From assembly GCA_963832655.1 (NCBI GenBank), contig CAWHUW010000006.1, positions 124,403 through 188,402 on the forward strand: 64,000 nt of DNA, written 5' to 3'. The position numbers and the translations under genes are program-made. Shown one piece after another: positions 41,953 through 52,111 of the stretch (position 1 is the first letter of the stretch; each line of letters begins with the position of its first letter). Under the pieces are notes generated by a model that saw nothing but the letters and a program-made list of their open reading frames with translations, did no database searches and was not told the origin of the DNA. The DNA comes from an uncultured Thermoleophilia bacterium (lineage in GTDB: Bacteria; Actinomycetota; Thermoleophilia; UBA2241).

Positions 41953-42912
41953 TCAGCTCGGCTCGTCCTCCAGATCTTCTTCGTCGGCAAGGTCGCCGGA
42001 CTCACTGACCAGCCGATTGATCTCACTGCGCTCCAGCTGATCCGCTGCGAGAAACCAGTCCTCAACGAGCTGGAGCTCGTGCTCTAGGGCGCTCGCCTCG
42101 GGGTTGCCCGACAGCATGTGGGCGAACCGCCTCGCGGTGTTCACGCACCACGTAGGCACTTCGATGGCATCTCGTGTCTCGAGAATCGAGTTTCCACAGT
42201 TGGCCGAGTAGTCGTCTATCGTCCACAGATCCTGTTGCTCCAGCGTCGACCAGTTGAGATGCGTTGTGAGGGAACCATTCGCGAACCAGATGTTGTAGAT
42301 GGCCCTGGCTGTGTCACCCTGCGCTCGACTAGCGATTCCGCTGGGCCATGCCTTCAATGAAGCCTTGCCTGCACTCGATTGCAGGTAGCCACGTGCGTCT
42401 TCACCCTCCCCGATGAGGCCCGCTCGCAGCAGAATCATGCTTGCCGCGACCTGCAAGTCCACCAGGGGCGAGATGCTCCTCATGAAAGCCTCGATCTCGC
42501 CCTCAGACGCCTGCTCGGGGCGCTCTGGAGCCTCGATCTGCTCTTCGTGGTAGCGAACCGGCTTCAGGAGGAACTCAACTGAGCGGCAGATGAACCCCCT
42601 GCTGGCGGCTGCGACGTCATCCGCGTTGAGCAGGTACTCCAGGTTAATCACCGCCTCCATCATGGTGCGGCCGAGAGCTGGCGCAGAGTCGGTGCGACCC
42701 GTCTCGAGCAGTGCTACATAGGCGTCAAGCAGCTTGCCGATTCGCACCATGTGCGCTCGGACCACCGCCTTCTCGATTGGATCGACGTTGGGCGGGAATC
42801 CCAGTCCGGCTGCCGCCTCAATGCAGCCCACCGCATAGCGCGCCGTCTCGAGGAGAAGTTGCCGAAAGGTCGACCAGTCGTCGACGCGTTCAGGAAGGGA
42901 TGTGAGAGGCAT
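41953..42912 (-). CDS. hypothetical all-helical protein with acidic tail (orphan B)
   Basis: Intact ORF with a probable start at MPLTSLPERVDDW. It ends ...ESGDLADEEDLEDEPS. No family recognised. Confidence 0.6.
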   Translation of the reverse strand: MPLTSLPERVDDWSTFRQLLLETARYAVGCIEAAAGLGFPPNVDPIEKAVVRAHMVRIGKLLDAYVALLETGRTDSAPALGRTMMEAVINLEYLLNADDVAAASRGFICRSVEFLLKPVRYHEEQIEAPERPEQASEGEIEAFMRSISPLVDLQVAASMILLRAGLIGEGEDARGYLQSSAGKASLKAWPSGIASRAQGDTARAIYNIWFANGSLTTHLNWSTLEQQDLWTIDDYSANCGNSILETRDAIEVPTWCVNTARRFAHMLSGNPEASALEHELQLVEDWFLAADQLERSEINRLVSESGDLADEEDLEDEPS

Positions 42913-43021
42913 GGCTCTTCTTTCGCGAGATTGGGTGAGAATCGCTACCGCGGTGGAACAAGAACGCTCCGCTGGGACCTCCCAGCATTCCACTACCTAT
43001 CGCATACATGTGTGGAGAAGC

Positions 43022-43945
43022 TCAATCCGACGACGAGAGACTCCCTAGAAGTTCAGAGAGCGTCATGTCCAGTCCCTTCGCCAGCTTCCTGAGCGTCTCA
43101 AGCCTCGGATCCCGACGGCCCGTCTCAATCCTACTCAGCGATTCCTGAGCGATACCGCTCCGCTCTGCAACCTGCTCTTGACTGAGGCCCAGCTGCTCCC
43201 TCACGCGGCGCAGCTTCAGCCCCATGCGTAGTCTCAGAGCCTGATCCTCGTCCTCGAGGCGAGCAAGATGGGCTGGGTCGACGAGGGCGCGCAGAGCGCC
43301 AGCATCGATGTCCACCTCATGGCCCCCGGCATCGACTAGCTGTACCGCCTGGCCATGCTCGCGGGCTGATGCACTCACCGGCTTGAACCCCACCTGCCTA
43401 GCGAGCGGCAGAGCATCCCACTGCGCAGCTCGATTCAAGCCATCGCCAAACTCGAGCCAGAGGATGCCGTCGATCGCCGAGAACCTAGCGGTACGCACTC
43501 TGTCTGGCTGCAGTCGCTCGATGAAGCCCCGGAAGAATTCGCCCATGAGCTCGAGCTGTGCGCTCTCGCGAGCCTTCTTGGTGCACTGCAGGTCAAACAC
43601 GAAGAACTTGTCGTCGTTCAGCCGAAGAGCGATGTCCGGTTCGGCCAGTCGCCTCTTGTCCAGAGCGGTCCGAACCAAGAGAACGTATGCAAGGAGCGAC
43701 GGCCCCGCCGCAAGCTCGTCCAGAGTCAGTGAGGAAGTCAGCTCGTGCAGGTCACCAACGACCACGGTGCGGTTGTGAGGGAGCCACTGATGAGCCTCCA
43801 GCAGCGATTGCCAGATGCCTTCGGTCCGAGTTAGCGAGAGCCCTTCAAGCGTCCCTTCGATGTGCCGACGGCACCACTGAGACCGCACCGGACTCGCGTC
43901 AAAGACGATGTGATCAGAGGCGATATGTTCAGTCGTCGGTGCCAT
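43022..43945 (-). CDS. DUF2442-like domain protein with C-terminal XRE-type HTH
   Basis: The C-terminus LRRVREQLGLSQEQVAERSGIAQESLSRIETGRRDPRLETLRKLAKGL is a canonical XRE HTH. The middle (IDGILWLEFGDGLNRAAQWDALPL...GHEVDIDAGALRAL) resembles DUF2442. The ATG at 43945 (SD GAGGA) overlaps the DUF4160 gene end. Confidence 0.65.
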   Translation of the reverse strand: MAPTTEHIASDHIVFDASPVRSQWCRRHIEGTLEGLSLTRTEGIWQSLLEAHQWLPHNRTVVVGDLHELTSSLTLDELAAGPSLLAYVLLVRTALDKRRLAEPDIALRLNDDKFFVFDLQCTKKARESAQLELMGEFFRGFIERLQPDRVRTARFSAIDGILWLEFGDGLNRAAQWDALPLARQVGFKPVSASAREHGQAVQLVDAGGHEVDIDAGALRALVDPAHLARLEDEDQALRLRMGLKLRRVREQLGLSQEQVAERSGIAQESLSRIETGRRDPRLETLRKLAKGLDMTLSELLGSLSSSD

Positions 43946-44195
43946 TGTCCTCGTTCCGATCAGTGCTGATGACACGTTCCCAGGCTTCGAGCATTCGCTC
44001 CTGCCAGTCCTTCAGCTGGCGACGCACCTGCCGCGGAAGCCGTCTCCCCGGCGGTTTCGTGACAGCCAGGGTGTAGAGGTCGACCTGGGCAGTGAGCCCG
44101 CCGGGTAGGCCAGACACGTGGCAGTGCGGAGGCCCGTGATCGAAATCGTAAATCTCCACGGTCACACTCCCGCTCTTCTCACGGAAGACGGCCAT
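43929..44195 (-). CDS. DUF4160-family protein
   Basis: MAVFREKSGSVTVEIYDFDHGPPHCHV is the DUF4160 signature. Confidence 0.7.
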   Translation of the reverse strand: MAVFREKSGSVTVEIYDFDHGPPHCHVSGLPGGLTAQVDLYTLAVTKPPGRRLPRQVRRQLKDWQERMLEAWERVISTDRNEDNGTDD

Positions 44196-44215
44196 CTCAA
44201 CTGGTCCTAACAATC

Positions 44216-44235
44216 ATATGACGCTTTCGTCATAT
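44216..44235. promoter_or_regulatory. perfect 8-bp inverted repeat (candidate operator) in the divergent intergenic region
   Basis: atatgacg cttt cgtcatat lies 21 nt from the DUF4160 start codon. The region is AT-rich relative to its surroundings. Confidence 0.4.
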
Positions 44236-44371
44236 TTCCAAACTCTCCTGCCGTGGCTAGGAGGGGTCATGCCAGCTCCCCGAGAATCGCCCCCTGCTCA
44301 TCACGGATGCTACGCAACCGATTCCCACGGGTCCAGGCCATTGGGACGCGCGGTCGTCGTATGCTCAGTGC

Positions 44372-45531
44372 ATGTGGCGACTTGAGGAGAGCCCCTACGA
44401 CCGCGAACGCTCTACCAAGAGGTCTGGGCTGAGCCGGTGCGCGAGGTCGCAAGCGCTACGGCGTCTCCGACGTCTACCTCGCACGCATCTGCCGCAAGCT
44501 CTCCGTGCCGCTCCCGGGCGCGGCTACTGGGCGAAGCCGAAGGAGCGGCGTCCGCCTCGCCCCCGCTCCCCGACCTCACAAGGCTGAGGCCTTTCGCCTG
44601 CGCCACATCGGGCGAGCGGCGAAGCCCTGAGCAGCGCCGCTACCAGCAGGCAGCTGCAGAGCGCCAAGTCGGAGGCGTCGCCGAGTCGTCGTCGCCGAGA
44701 CGCTCACCGACCCCCACGAGCTCGTGGCGCAGCACGGAGCGGCGCCTACGCCGCGCCAAGGTGCAGGAGGGCGTCGTCTCGGGCCGGCGCTACGGACTCC
44801 TCGACCTCAGCGTCTCCCCCGACTCGCTCGACCGCGGCCTGCGCATCTTCGACGCCCTGCTCAAGGCGCTTGCAGCGGCCGATTTCACCGTCTCGCTCGT
44901 GCCGCCGCCGGCAGAGCGAAGACGACCGGGCGCACGCCCGACGAGCGCGAGCGCGCACGCAGGTGCTCTGCCGCGAGGAGCCGCTGTACGTGTGCCTCTT
45001 CGAGGAGGTCGACGTCGAGCTCGACCCGAAGCCCTATCGCCCGCGACGCAAGCCCGAGGATCCCATCTGGTACACGCCGCCCGAGCAGCCGCGCTACATC
45101 TACAGCCCGACCGGCTGCTCGCCCTGCAGATCACGAACCTCGCCGGCACCGGCGTGCGCGGCCTCTTCCGCGAGACCGAGCGCCGCCGGCTCGAGGACAT
45201 CCTCCCCAGGTTCGTCGCCCAGCTCGCGCCCGCCGCGGAGGCGCTCCGGGCAAAGCACGCCGAGGAGGAGCGGCGGCGGCGGGAGTTGGAGGAGCAGGCG
45301 CGCCGCTGGCGCGAGGAAGAGGAGCGCCGCTGGGAGGAGAGCGCCGGCTCGAGCGCCTCAGCAAGGAGGCGGCCAGCTGGCGAGAGGCCCGCCGGCTGCG
45401 CGCCTACGCCGAGGCCGCGCTCGAGAAGCTGAAGCGTCGCAGGACGATGACGAAGAGGCAGCTGGAAGCGCCGCGTCGAGCTCAAGTGGCTGCTCGACTA
45501 CGCCGACCGCATCGACCCGCTCGGCGACTGA
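44372..45531 (+). pseudogene. conserved hypothetical protein (N-terminal ...VSDVYLARICRKLSVPLPGRGYWAK motif, Arg/Glu coiled coil), at least 5 frame changes
   Basis: Sensible sequence must be stitched from several frames. The pieces are LYQEVWAEPVREVA, YGVSDVYLARICRKLSVPLPGRGYWAKPKE, LLDLSVSPDSLDRGLRIFDALLKALAAADFTVSLV and EEPLYVCLFEEVDVELDPKPYRP. They continue with LALQITNLAGTGVRGLFRETERRRLEDILPRFV...EEERRRRELEEQARRWREEEERRWEE and end with ELKWLLDYADRIDPLGD. Confidence 0.55.
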
Positions 45532-45643
45532 CCCGGCTCAGGTCCCGGGGCTAGGGCGTCGAAGAAGTCTTCAGAGTCCCGGTCGGCCCGAAGCTGCCGT
45601 CCGGGCCGTGTGTCAGCCTGTCGCCCAATGTTGGAGGGGAAGC

Positions 45644-46602
45644 GTGGCAACGAACAAGTCGTGTGACAAGGCGGACTTCGACTGGCCGACGTACAAGAAG
45701 GCGCCTCGCCGGCTGACTGCGGCACAGATGAAGGCCCTCTCGCGAGGGCACCTGCGCCCGATCCTTGACTACGTTCTCGCCTACCCCGAAGTCCGCTTCG
45801 ACGTCCGTCCTGGCGGAGCCAATCTCTACTTCGACGGCGGCAGCCTGCTCCAGCTCGAGGGCGGAACGCGCTGCCCCTTCAGGGGCATCTACAACCTCGG
45901 CTACGTGGGTGAGAAGGGCATGCACGTCTCGGAGCTCGTCGACGCAGCCAGCGTGGAGCGACTGGTCGACAGCTTCCACGAGCGCCGCGAGCAGATGTGG
46001 CAGCATCGCCATTCAGGGAAGGGCCGAGACGAACGCCGCAACCAGCAGGCCATCGCGCGAGCCAACAGCGGACGCCCCCATGCGACTGCGGGCGATTTCG
46101 TCATTGTCGATATCGAGTACGACGAACGGCCGGCGCATCTTCGACCTCGTCGGCTTCGACCGCGCCGGCCTTCCTCGGCCCCGGCTCATCTACGTCGAGC
46201 TCAAGTCCGAGGGTGGTGCCCTGAACAGCAAGTCCGGCCTGCAGGACCACGCGATCGACTACTGGCGAGTTCCTCTGCGCTCAAGACGGCCGACATGTCG
46301 GTCTCTCGCAGCGCGAGCTCTCGAACATGGTCCGGCAGAAGGTCGACCTCGGCCTGCTCTCGGCGGACCTCGGCTTCGAGGAGTTCGCCCCCGAGCCGCC
46401 AGAATTCCTCATACTCTTCGCCGACTACGACGTCTGTCAGGCGCAGCTGACGTCCCCGCTCACGCGCATGCGCGCCGAGATCGAGCAACGCCTCGGTGGC
46501 CTCGAGCTGCTCAAGTTCGCGGACCTCCCCGTCGTCGACGACGGCAGCACTCGAGCTGCTTCGCCTGCGCCGAGACCAGATCATGGACTCGCAGGCCTTT
46601 GA
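45644..46602 (+). pseudogene. PD-(D/E)xK nuclease-like hypothetical protein, 2-3 frame changes
   Basis: GTG start after SD GGAGGGGA. The body reads ...ANLYFDGGSLLQLEGG...ERRNQQAIA...DFVIVDIEYDE / RIFDLVGFDR...PRLIYVELKSEGGAL...GLQDHAIDYW / ...FLILFADYD. The D...(E)xK arrangement (FDLVG...YVELK) suggests a restriction-endonuclease fold. Confidence 0.55.
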
Positions 46603-46629
46603 CGCCTATCGGGAGCGAGCGCACTAGCC

Positions 46630-47895
46630 TTGCGCTACACGATCCACCGCGGCCAGCACGAGATCGGCGGCATGTGCATCGAAGTCGCCGCCAATGATGG
46701 CACCCGAGTCCTTCTCGACCTCGGCATGCCGCTCACGGCGCCGGATGGCGGCGACTTCCCGTGGGGTACCCCGCAGCGACCGACCGCCGAGCTCCTAGCC
46801 GAGGGAGTACTGCGCGACGTCCCCGGCGTGTTCCCAGGTGACCCCACGGCGCCGGGCGTGGCGGCAATCATCCTCAGCCACTCCCACCTCGACCACTTTG
46901 GCCTCGCCCATCACGCGCACCCGACAATCCCCGTGTATGGGAGCGCCGGGACCATCGCCATCCTCGAGGTCGGCCGCGTGTTCTTCCCCGACGCCGCACT
47001 GCCGGCGGACCTGCGCTGCCTGCCGGAGAACGAGACGCTGCGCTTCGGCGAGCTTTCGGTGACGGCGATCGCTGTCGACCACGCAGCGCCAGATTCGCGC
47101 GCCCTGCTCTGCGAGGCAGACGGGCAGCGGCTCCTCTACACGGGCGACCTGAGGGCCCACGGACGCACCGGCTTTCGCTTCGAGACCATGCTCAACGATA
47201 AGCGCCTCCACGGCGTCGACTGGCTGCTGGTCGAAGGCACGACCCTGGGCTCCTCGGGTGGCACGCACGGGCTGCGAAGTGAGGCTGACGTCGAGGAGAG
47301 CCTGGTCGAACTCGCCCGCGGCGGCGCCGACAAACTGGTCGCTGTGGCGGCCTCGGGTCAGAACCTCGATCGCCTGGTCTCCTGCTTCCGCGCCGCCAAG
47401 CGCAGCGGCCGCCTGCTCGTGATTGACGCCTACCAGGCCTACGTCCTGATGCAGCTCGCGCCGCTATCCAAGAACATCCCGCAGGTCGCCTGGGACGATG
47501 TGCGCATTAGCTTCGCACCGCACCAGGTCGAACGCCTCAAGGCAGCCGGGCTCATGGGTCTCGCACGCGAGATGAGCGTGAAGGGCCGGGTATCGAGCGA
47601 TGAGCTTGCCGCGGACCCGGGCAGCTACCTGCTTTGCATGAGAGCGAGCTACGGCGTGACCAAGCTACTCGACAAGATCGGACCGGAGCGAGTCCTTCTC
47701 GTCTGGTCGATGTGGGGTGGCTACTGGCGTCGAGACCGCAGTCCGTTGCGCAGATGGGCCGAGGGCCGCGGCATCGCCGCAGAGTTAGTTCATAGCGGTG
47801 GCCATGCTTGGCCGGAGGATCTCCGCAGGCTCGAAGACTCTTTGGATGCCAAGCGGACCGTGCGAGTCCACACCGATGCAACAAAAGGCAGCTGA
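46630..47895 (+). CDS. MBL-fold metallo-hydrolase (beta-CASP/RNase J-like nuclease architecture)
   Basis: Intact 421-aa ORF: HEIGGMCIEV...LLDLGMPL...ILSHSHLDHFG (HxHxDH)...YTGDL...LLVEGT...HSGGHA. TTG start. Confidence 0.8.
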   Translation: MRYTIHRGQHEIGGMCIEVAANDGTRVLLDLGMPLTAPDGGDFPWGTPQRPTAELLAEGVLRDVPGVFPGDPTAPGVAAIILSHSHLDHFGLAHHAHPTIPVYGSAGTIAILEVGRVFFPDAALPADLRCLPENETLRFGELSVTAIAVDHAAPDSRALLCEADGQRLLYTGDLRAHGRTGFRFETMLNDKRLHGVDWLLVEGTTLGSSGGTHGLRSEADVEESLVELARGGADKLVAVAASGQNLDRLVSCFRAAKRSGRLLVIDAYQAYVLMQLAPLSKNIPQVAWDDVRISFAPHQVERLKAAGLMGLAREMSVKGRVSSDELAADPGSYLLCMRASYGVTKLLDKIGPERVLLVWSMWGGYWRRDRSPLRRWAEGRGIAAELVHSGGHAWPEDLRRLEDSLDAKRTVRVHTDATKGS

Positions 47896-48120
47896 CGTCG
47901 GAAGCCCAGCACGAAGCAGTCTGTTGGAGGTCTTGATGGCCTGGCCGCATGCCGAAAGCAGCCAGTCTGCTGCCTTTCGTCAGGCCGCGCCGACGACGAG
48001 CCGACGTCGCGGAGCGTCGCCGTGCCGCTACGCCGCTTGTCCGAAGCAGAGAGTAGCAGCGAACTGTCGCCGCGATGCATCGGCTGTGGCCTTCGGGGGT
48101 AGCGCCACGAGCCGGCTGAG

Positions 48121-49363
48121 CTCAGTTCATGTCGACGGGGCGCAGGACGACGGTGGCGCGCTCGCGCCGCGCACCGGGTCGCGGATCTCGATGCGCGCCT
48201 CGCGGGCGCCGGCGGCCAGCGTCGGATACAGGATGACGGACGAGGCGGTGGCGGCCGCGGCGCCCGGCGCCTCTCTGCTGAGCGCGTAGATGGCGAGCTG
48301 GTAGAGCATCTCGCGGGGCAGGTCGTGCTCCCAGAGGTCGCGGTACTTGGCGTCGAGCATCGCGACCACCTTGCCGCCGCGCCGCACGATGAAGTCGGGG
48401 CGCGGCGCCGGTGAGCGCTTGCCGCGCGGATTGTGCGCCGGGGCGTAGCGCATCATCCCGTACAGGCTCTCCTCGTCGCTCACGACGTAGCCGGGGAGCG
48501 CGTCATGGAGGAAGCGCGAGAGCAGCCGCTGGAAGAAGTGGTTCATGTCGAAGAGGAAGCCCGGGCAGCGAGGCGCCCTCCTCGCCGCGGTCGAGGCCGA
48601 TGCCGGACGAGTCGGCGAGCAGATGCACGAGCTCCAGGGCGGGGCGGTAGGCGCGGGTCAGGCGGCTCTGTTCGGCGGCGAGGTGCGTGAAGGTGGCGCG
48701 ATCCAGGCTGACGGGGCCGACGGTCTCCCCCAGCTGCGCCTCGAGCCGGCGGCAGCGACACGCTGAGTTCGGCGTCGGTGGCGAGGCGCGCGCCGAGAGC
48801 CAGGCCCGCGCGGAGCACCTGATTGACGAGGCAGTCCTCCGAGCGCACGTGGTAGCGGCACGGGAGCGTGGCCGTCTGCGTGGTCTGGCGGGCGAGCGGC
48901 GACGAAGTCGATGCGCCCGCGCGGGCTCGAGAGCGTCTCCTCGCGCGCGCGGTAGGTGCGGTGCAGACCGCGCGCGATCAGCTGGGTGGCCTCGTCCACG
49001 AGCCGGGCGATGACGACGTCCTGGAAGGCCTCCGGCTCGGCCTCGTAGGCGGCGTCGTCGTAGCGGTGCAGCGCCCGCAGGTCGAAGGCGTAGCGCATCA
49101 GGTTCCACAGGGGCAGCCCGTGGAGCTTGGGCCGCACGGTGATGGTGACGTCGCCCAGCCGCACGCGGCCGACGTAGGACCTGGAGCCGACGGCCAGGCC
49201 GTGTCGCGTCTCGACGACCGACAGGCGGTCTTCGTGCGGTCAGCCGGCGCGCGGTCTCCTGCGCCGGCGTCCCGTCGCCGAGGAAGACCTCCCAGCCCTC
49301 GCCGCCGGGCTGCGGCGCCCAGGAGTCCCACTCGCGCAGGCGCACGTGGGCGGTCGGGCGCAC
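48121..49363 (-). pseudogene. mcrC: McrC-like nuclease subunit of McrBC, at least 4 frame changes
   Basis: The C-terminal PD-(D/E)xK core is [13 protein letters not shown]...[23 protein letters not shown]...[12 protein letters not shown]. Upstream pieces (RLGDVTITVRPKL..., RYHVRSEDCLVNQVLRAGL..., RRLEAQLGE...[13 protein letters not shown]) lie in other frames. Confidence 0.75.
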
Positions 49364-49424
49364 TCCGCCGAGGCCACGTCCGTCGCTGGCTCACTGCTCT
49401 GTCTCAGCTGCCGCCTGGTCGGAC

Positions 49425-51701
49425 TCAGTCGCCGCAGGTCCGGCTCAAGGTCTTCGGCCGCGTCGGCTCCTCCCCGGCGGCCTCGGCCTCAGCCTCGGCG
49501 TCGATCGCCTCGGCGGACGTGGTCATGTCCGGCGCCATGGCAAGCAGCGCCTGCTTGAGCGCCTCGCGGTTGTCCTCCTGGAACAGCTCGACGTGCACCC
49601 GCTGAGTCTCGGCGTCCACGAACTCGCGGCCGAGGATGTCGGCGAGCATGCGGTAGTCCTCGTAGCAGTACTCCTGGAGCAGCGGCACGATGTCGTCGCG
49701 CACGATGCGCGCGAGGCCGGCCAGCGTCGCCACCGGGCTGCCCTTCTCGAGCAGATAGGCGTGCCCGACCTGGAGGTTCCTGCCGTCGGCGCCCCGCTCT
49801 CGACGATCTTGCTGTTGAGCGCCTCGAGCCAGGCGCCGAGCGGGATGCCGTCGACCATGACGCCGCCCAGCAGCTCCGGCTCGGGCATCAGCTCGATGAA
49901 GCCGAAGCGCCGCCGCAGCGCCGTGTCGAGCAGCGCGATGGAGCGGTCGGCCGTGTTCATGGTGCCGATGACGGCGACGTTGGGCGGCACCGCGAACGGC
50001 CGCCGCGAGAGCGGCAGGTGGACCTCGCGCCCGCGCTTGTCCTTCTCCAGCACGGTGAGCAGCTCGCCGAAGATGCGCGGCACGTCGCCGCGGTTGATCT
50101 CGTCGATGATGAGGACGAACCGCTCCTGCGGGCGCGCGGCCGCCTCCTCGCACAGCGCCTTGAACACGCCGTCGCGCAGGGGGAACACCAGCTGTCCGTC
50201 GCGCTCCTCGGGGCGGTAGCCCTCGAGGAAGTCCTCGTAGCCGTAGGCGGGGTGGAACGTGCAGAGGCGGATGTGGCGCGCGACGCCGGCCCGCTCCTCT
50301 TCGGTGAGGTCGGCGCCGGCCTTGCCGTACAGCTGCTGCGCGAGAATGGCCTCGGCCCCGCGCTGCGCCCAGTACGTCTTGCCGGTGCCGGCGGCCCGTA
50401 GAGGATGACCTGGCCCTTGCGGTCGAGGACCGATTGGATGTGACCTTCCCGGCCCGAAAGCGCTGCCGAGCCGGGCGTGAGGCGAGCGACCGAACTCGGG
50501 ATGCAGCAGCCGCCGCTCGACGGCGAGCCTGTTGCCGCGGGCTGGTGTACCAGCGAGAGCCCGCGCCCAGCCCTTCTCGTCCGGGACAGCCCCACTCCCC
50601 AAGGTCGAGCCACTTGACCGGCCGCTGATGAGCGAGCGGTGACTCCGCGTCGTACTGGTAGCCGCCGGTCACCGTCCGATGGCCATGCCCTTCTCGCCCT
50701 CGGTCACGACGACGGTCGCCCTCCTCCACATTGAGCGCCAGATTGAAGATGTCCTGCGTGACGTCGTAGGCGTTCGCGCCCTGCAGGTCGATGGCGTCGA
50801 CTCGGCCGCGCAGCTCCTGCTTGCCGGCCTTCGTGTACTTGATGTCGGAGACGTCGCCGGTCTCACCCCACGGCAGGCGACCTGACGCCCGACGCGCATG
50901 AGGTCGGCGGCGCCGGCACGGCAGCTTGCCGCGTCGATGCGCCAGCAGTCGCGCGGAGAACCGAAGGCCGTCCTGGAGCGCCTGGGTCAGCTGCGCCAGG
51001 GGCGCCCGAACTCCCGCATCAGCGCCACGTAGCGGCCGGCGCATACGTACCGCCCTTTGTCCGCGGAGGCTGCTGCAGGAGCTTGACCAGGTAGAACCGC
51101 TGGAAGTCCTCGTTGTGGAAGTCGTCCAGCTTGTCCGGGAACACCAGGTGGAAGTACTTGTGGCCCCATGACCAGCCGCCGACGAGCGTCACGTGCTCGT
51201 TGAAGATGCTGGAGCTCGAGGTAGTCGGCGTCGTTGGCGTCCGCCGGCAAGCTCCTCGAGCGACCTGCAGCCGGCCACCAGCTGATCCCGTTGCGCGCGT
51301 CGCGAACTCGATGGCCTCGTCCTCGGAGACTGGGCGCCCCCCGCTGTGCTCTGACGCGAACCATCCACTGGCCGGTCGGCGCTCTGGTAGATGCCGAACT
51401 TCAGGGCGCTGCCGCCGGCGATGCTGCCGAACAGCCTCGGGAACTCGTCGTCGTTCTTGAACTCGAGCCAGTACATGAGGCAGTCCTGGCCCTCGCGCTT
51501 GTGCATCCGCTCGAGGAGCGCAAGGCCATCGAGGCCGCCCAGCGCCTCGGGCCCAAAACGCGCGCGGAAGTTGGCGTAGTAGGTGTCGAGCTTCTGCCAG
51601 CGTTCGAACCCCGCCCGGTTCTCAAGGGTCCTGGGAACGCCTGATCAACGCGATCCCTATGCTCGGGCAGCAGCCCTGCGTGGCCCCAGCCGCGTCGGCA
51701 T
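49425..51701 (-). pseudogene. mcrB: McrB-like AAA+ GTPase with long N-terminal domain, at least 6 frame changes
   Basis: [16 protein letters not shown] is a Walker A motif split by a frame change. It is followed by [16 protein letters not shown]...[25 protein letters not shown]...[26 protein letters not shown]. The N-terminal domain pieces are YWLEFKNDDEFPRLFGSIAGGSALKFGIYQ and KYFHLVFPDKLDDFHNEDFQRFYL. Confidence 0.8.
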
Positions 51702-52111
51702 GGTCTGGCCTCCCCATCGTTGAGAACGGTCAGCATTGACCCTTCGGTGTCCGTCGTCAGCGGTCCGCCTCGTCCCCCTGACGCGACCATCGAGAACATC
51801 CTGCTCGCCCTCCAGATTCTATAGAACCACCAGCACGAAACGGCGAGTCTCCCGCAACAGGTCTTGAGAACGTGACTTCGAGCTGAAGACGCCGAACGTG
51901 CAGCACCTTTGGGGCCGGAGCCGACGAGATGCCGACGCCCGGACCGACGGCAGCTGTTGGAGGTTAAGAAGACGTATTGGGCAATTGGAAGGTGCCTTCT
52001 ACCAGGCACACTCGAGTGATTGCCGCCGCGGAGCCGACGGCCCACCCCGGTCGATCGGCGACGCAGACCCTGGCCCCATCGCCGCGCTGGCGGTCCCGTC
52101 CCGCCTCTAGT

